Shown here: positions 59,260 through 64,000 of the stretch, one piece after another | How positions within the stretch are numbered: position 1 is the stretch's first letter | Layout: the number at the start of each line of letters is the position of its first letter | DNA from: Octopus vulgaris | Taxonomy: Eukaryota | Reading direction: 5' to 3' | Assembly (NCBI GenBank): GCA_951406725.2 | Contig: OX597841.1 | Location: 25,296,001-25,360,000, forward strand | DNA length: 64,000 bases | Translations under genes and position numbers: made by a program | The notes under the pieces: generated by a model | Database searches by the model: none | Seen by the model: the letters and a program-made list of their open reading frames with translations, nothing else | What the model was told of the DNA's origin: nothing

Positions 59260-61047
59260 GTAAGTACTTGAATTTTGAATCTGTGTGTCTTTGTATTTGA
59301 ATTAATGAGATTAAGTAGTGCTTTTCGAATGGCTCTCTTTCTTCAGAGTTGGTTAATTCACTATAGTTAATGTTATTTCAATGAAACTCTAGCAACGATG
59401 TGTGTACGCTTTGTGAGTGTGATTTAGCATGTACGTACAACAATGAGGGTAGCCCGTTACTCTGGTATAATTCTCAATTTGTATGTGACTCTCCTTCACA
59501 AACTTTACGGAGTGTGAGAGAGAGAGAGAAAGAGAAAAGACAGAGAGAGAGAGAGATGGAGGGAAAGAGAGAAAACTGCATGAACGCTCAAGTATTTCCT
59601 CCTTTAATTTATATGATGCCCAAGTCATTATTACGCTTTAGTTTTTTCCGTTTTCTATTTAATTAAAATAATCATTGTGTATAGAAGTTACAGTGAAGAT
59701 TAGCTGCGGGAATTGTAATCTTGTTAAACATCAAGCTTACAACAACTAAAAGACGGCTAAGAAAATTGATATATTGATTTCTACTCTAGGAACAAGGACC
59801 GAAATTTTGGGGAATGGGGCCAGTCGATTAGATTGAGCTCAGTACACAACTGGTACTTAATTTATCTACCCCAAAAGGATGAACGGCAATGTCAACCTCA
59901 GCGGAATTTGAACTCAGAATGTATACATTTATATCTATATCTATCTATCTATCTATCTATCTATACATATATATAAACATTTTATCATTGACAAATATCT
60001 TAGGGTAGCAAGAATATTCATAGAAAAATTCTTAGTTACCAGTGAGGAAGAAAAAATTAGTCAATAGACTATATATTATTCAAAGAAGAATACAGTGTAC
60101 GTTCAAACACAAAACACTGTATTCTTCTTTGAATAATATATAGTCTATTGACTAACTTTTTCTTTCTTGCTAGACCACAGGTAACTAAAAAATTTTCTGT
60201 GAATATTCTTGCTACCCTAAGATTTTAATTAATGATAAAATGTTTTTTGGCTAATTCATCATCATCATCATTGTTTAGCGTCCGCTTTCCATGCTGGCAT
60301 GGGTTGGACGGTTCAACTGGGGTCTGGGAAGCCAGAAGGCTCCACCGGGCCAGTCTGATCTGGCAATGTTTCTACAGCTCGATGCCCTTCCTAACGCCAA
60401 CCACTCCGTGAGTGTAGTGCGTGCTTTTTACATGCCTCCGGCACAGGTGCCAGACGTGGCTGGCAATCGGCCACGATCGGATGGTGCTTTTTACGTGCCA
60501 GCGGCACGAAGGCCAGTCGGGGCGATGCTGGCAACGGCCATGAACGGATGGTGCTTTTTACGTGCCACCGGCATGAGGCCAGTCGGGGCTGTTTTTGTCC
60601 TGCTTACCATTCTTGTTTTTAATTTCTATTTTTTGTTTCTTGTATTTATAGTAGCGTGGCACCCTGTCTTTGTGTCGTGTACATTCGATCCTCTTTCCAA
60701 GAAATCTAATGCCTGTGGCTTAGTTTTTCATTGGGGCTGGCCGGTTCGGAGTGATATCGAGATTAAACAGCCGAAATTGCTAAGATGATCCGGTTCCGAC
60801 TGAAGATTAGAGGCTTCGAGTGACCCGTCTGTTTTTTTTGCGTCGTCTCTTTCTGTGTTTTTGCGTTCTTGTTCCACTTTGTAATTTATATTTTATATTT
60901 AATTTCTATACATATATATAATATATATGTGTATATATGTATATATATGTATATGTATATCTATATGTATATATATTTATATGTATATATATATGTATAG
61001 ATATTTATACGTGTATATATTTATATGTATATATGTATATGTATATG

Positions 61048-61132
<85 letters not shown>

Positions 61133-62436
61133 GTATATATATATGTATATATATATATGTATATATTTATATGTGTATATATATGTATATATATATAATA
61201 TATATGTATATGTTCGGTTTCTATGGTAACGTAATTTTGTTTAAAGTTATAACGGCTAGAGTTTGAATTCACTTCATAAATTAAAACAGATTAGGAGGTA
61301 TGTATTTTTTTCTCCTTATGTTAATCTTGTTACTTATGATAATCTGGTTATTTATGGAGTATTTTATACATCGTTTTATGTGTAGATATGTTGTTTTTCT
61401 TTTGAGTGTTTATGTATGTGTGAATGTGTGTGTGTGTGTGTGCGTATTTGGTTGTGTAATTTATTTATCTATATGGGTGTGGGTGTGAATATATTGTTGT
61501 ATATATCGAGTATGTATATGTATATGTGAGGGGGTATATGTATATGTTATGGGTGTGTGTTTTACGTATGTGTATTTTTGTGTGTGAATGTATTATGGGG
61601 ATTGCTATATAGGTATTATTGTGTATGGTAAAGGGTGTTTTATCATTATATGTATATATGGGTTTCATTATCATGATTGGTTTATTAATGATTTTGGAGT
61701 AAATTCTGTATATTTACGTTGATTAAATATTATTCCATTCTTTCCATTCATAATTTTTAAAAAAACGTTCGATCGCCACGCGCAAAGAATTGTTTATTTT
61801 TCTTTTGAGTGTTTATGTATGTGTGAATGTGTGTGTGTGTGATTGTTTGCGTAATTTATTTATCTGTATGGGTGTGGGTGTGAATATATTGGTGTATATA
61901 TCGAGTTCTGTATGTATGTATATGTATGTGTGAGCGGGTATATGTATATTGTTTATGACTGTGGGTTGTATGTGTGTGTGAGGGAGTATGAATAAGTAAT
62001 GTGTTGAAGTATTTGGCTATTTTATTAATTTATTAATTTATCGTTGCCTAGACGTTTTTATGTGTATGTATAGATATATATATATTGGTGTGTGAGTTAG
62101 TGTATGTATTTAGATATGGTTATATATACTTAGTTATATGTGTATGAGCATGTGTGTATATATAGTTTATTTTTATTTTGTTCTTGTTCTTGTTTTTGTT
62201 TTTTGTTTTTTGTTTTTTTTGTTTTTTTGTTTTTTTGTTTTTTGTTTTTTGTACATCTTTAAATACGAGAACTTTAATAATAGGTTTCTTTATATTCAAT
62301 TGTTTATAGGGTTTATTTTAGATTATATATTGATTATATATAGATTATATATAGATTATATATATTTATATTTTTCATTGATAATTTTATTATTTTAAAA
62401 TTATATTTTAATATATTGATATTTTAGATCGAAAAT

Positions 62437-62479
62437 CCACCTGACGAATGTCATTGAAGACACGAAATGATTGTAGTGG
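62437..62479 (+). ncRNA. Type I hammerhead, canonical core
   Basis: CCAC-CTGACGA-aTGTC attgaa GACAc-GAAA-TGATTG-TA-GTGG. Confidence 0.68.
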
Positions 62480-62783
62480 CGGTTTAATTCTTTATGTTAA
62501 AAATTTTTATGTATTGATTAAGTATTTCCTTGTTTGTTTTGCAAAATAGTGGTTTTCTCTCGAATTAATATTATATACGTATATATATATATATATGAAC
62601 AGTGAACAAGTCGCGGTCTTAAAGCGGGGAAAATATTTTGACAAATTAAACTTAAATATTGAAGTGAATCGAACGGCTTTTGTGCGTTTCTTAAATGGCT
62701 TACAAACACCTTCCACGCTGCAATTGTTTTCGTTTCAGCACACAATCTCAGATCAAATCACTTGCTACGCAAGTACATCTCCG

Positions 62784-62859
<76 letters not shown>

Positions 62860-62984
62860 ATGTATAGATGTATATGTATATAACTATATATGTATGTATA
62901 TATAAATATACATATATATATGTGTCTATACATGACTATATATATATATATATAACTATATATATTTCGTTTTTCTCGTTTCAG

Positions 62985-64000
62985 CTCAGTGCTGTGGCCA
63001 TGCTGATGCACCGCCGTTTTGTGCTCACTGTTATTACTAAGCGCCTCCTCTAATATGTGGTGAAGAATGGAGTTTGATATAGCTACCCTCATTTGCACCT
63101 CTTGCCGTGAGGTAGGTTCATCTGGGACTCTTGACAGGAAGATGTTCAGCTTTGATTTAAAAACCGCTACATCTACTTTGTGCAAGTTCCTCAAACTCTT
63201 TGGGAGAATATTAAAAAGCTGTGGGCCCTTGAAACCCAGGCGGCTGCAGTAGATGGTCCTGAAGCGTGATGGCATTGCTGGGATTTTGGCACTATGCAGT
63301 GTCGTCCCGTTCTAGCATTGGTGTAGCTTACAATGTCAAAATTTGGCACAATTCCTTCCAGGATCTTCCAGATATACATTACTGCTTATCTCTCCCGTCT
63401 TCTCTCCAGGGAGTAGAGTCTTAGCTGTTTCAACCTTTCCCAGAAGCTGAGCTGTTGCAAAGAGACGATCTTCTTTGTGAATCTTCTCTGGATTGCTACA
63501 TGGTCCGATGTTAATTTCATACTGGTGGGTGACCATAGCTGTGAGCAGTAATCCAGGAGACTGAGGACGAATGTCCGCCAGAGGACCATCATGGCTTCCT
63601 TATCTCTGGTTCTTAATGTTCTTAGGATCCATCAAGCCAGTCGTCTGCACTTTGTCGCCATCCTGGTAATGTGCACTTGGAAAGAGGTATCATCACTCAT
63701 GTCGATACCCAGGTCCCTCACAGACTTAGGCTCTGGGATTGAAATTCCCTGTGGACCGGTGTACCCTGAAAGTTTAATATTCAGTTTTGGATGCTGGTAG
63801 CGTAGGGTCTGGAATTTTTCAGCATTAAACTGCATATTATTATCCTCAGCCCATCTGCAGATTGAGTCCAACTCCTGCTGCAGGTGTGCAACATCGCTGG
63901 GGTTCTGTATTTTCTGCGAGACTTTCGTATTGTCTGCATAGCTTGCCAGAGTGGCTCTCCGGGCATTTGAAGGCATATCTGAGAGGGCCACTATAAAAAG
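62985..64000 (-). mobile_element. Mirror copy of the 44335-45515 CR1-group LINE
   Basis: Near-identical translation on the opposite strand with shared flanks. Confidence 0.9.

Noticed and set aside
60720-60830. Hammerhead in the 47560-47900 / 60590-60920 repeat
   Set aside because: CTGAAGA and GAAA are in the wrong order, and no consistent three-stem fold was found.

Overview
AT-rich, (TA)n/(CA)n-saturated eukaryotic DNA. The tRNA-derived SINEs and repeat landscape resemble octopus (inference). The only clear host gene family is a cluster of GT10 alpha-1,3-fucosyltransferase (FucTA-like) sequences. There are six copies of a ~945-bp first coding exon: one intact at 9485-10428, one whose end is clipped by the window start, and four damaged. 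There is only one copy of the terminal exon (25351-25672), which is phase-compatible with the intact first exon. The cluster was built by ~10-15 kb tandem duplication and a large inverted duplication (arms ~44.5-52.4 kb and ~58.0-64+ kb). The introns and spacers are packed with Penelope-like retroelements (Neptune- and Naiad-type RT + GIY-YIG) and their pseudo-LTR fragments, usually inserted in (TA)n as inverted pairs. By eye these carry about 29 type I hammerhead ribozyme motifs from roughly 14 families, including C3-G8, U3-A8 and G3-C8 core variants. Also present: CR1-like, RTE-like and Tx1-like LINE fragments, SINEs, a non-autonomous Helitron, an 87-bp and a ~230-bp tandem array, and a frameshifted beta-propeller-like ORF. 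Most ORFs in the supplied track are microsatellite artefacts. All alignments and folds were done by eye.
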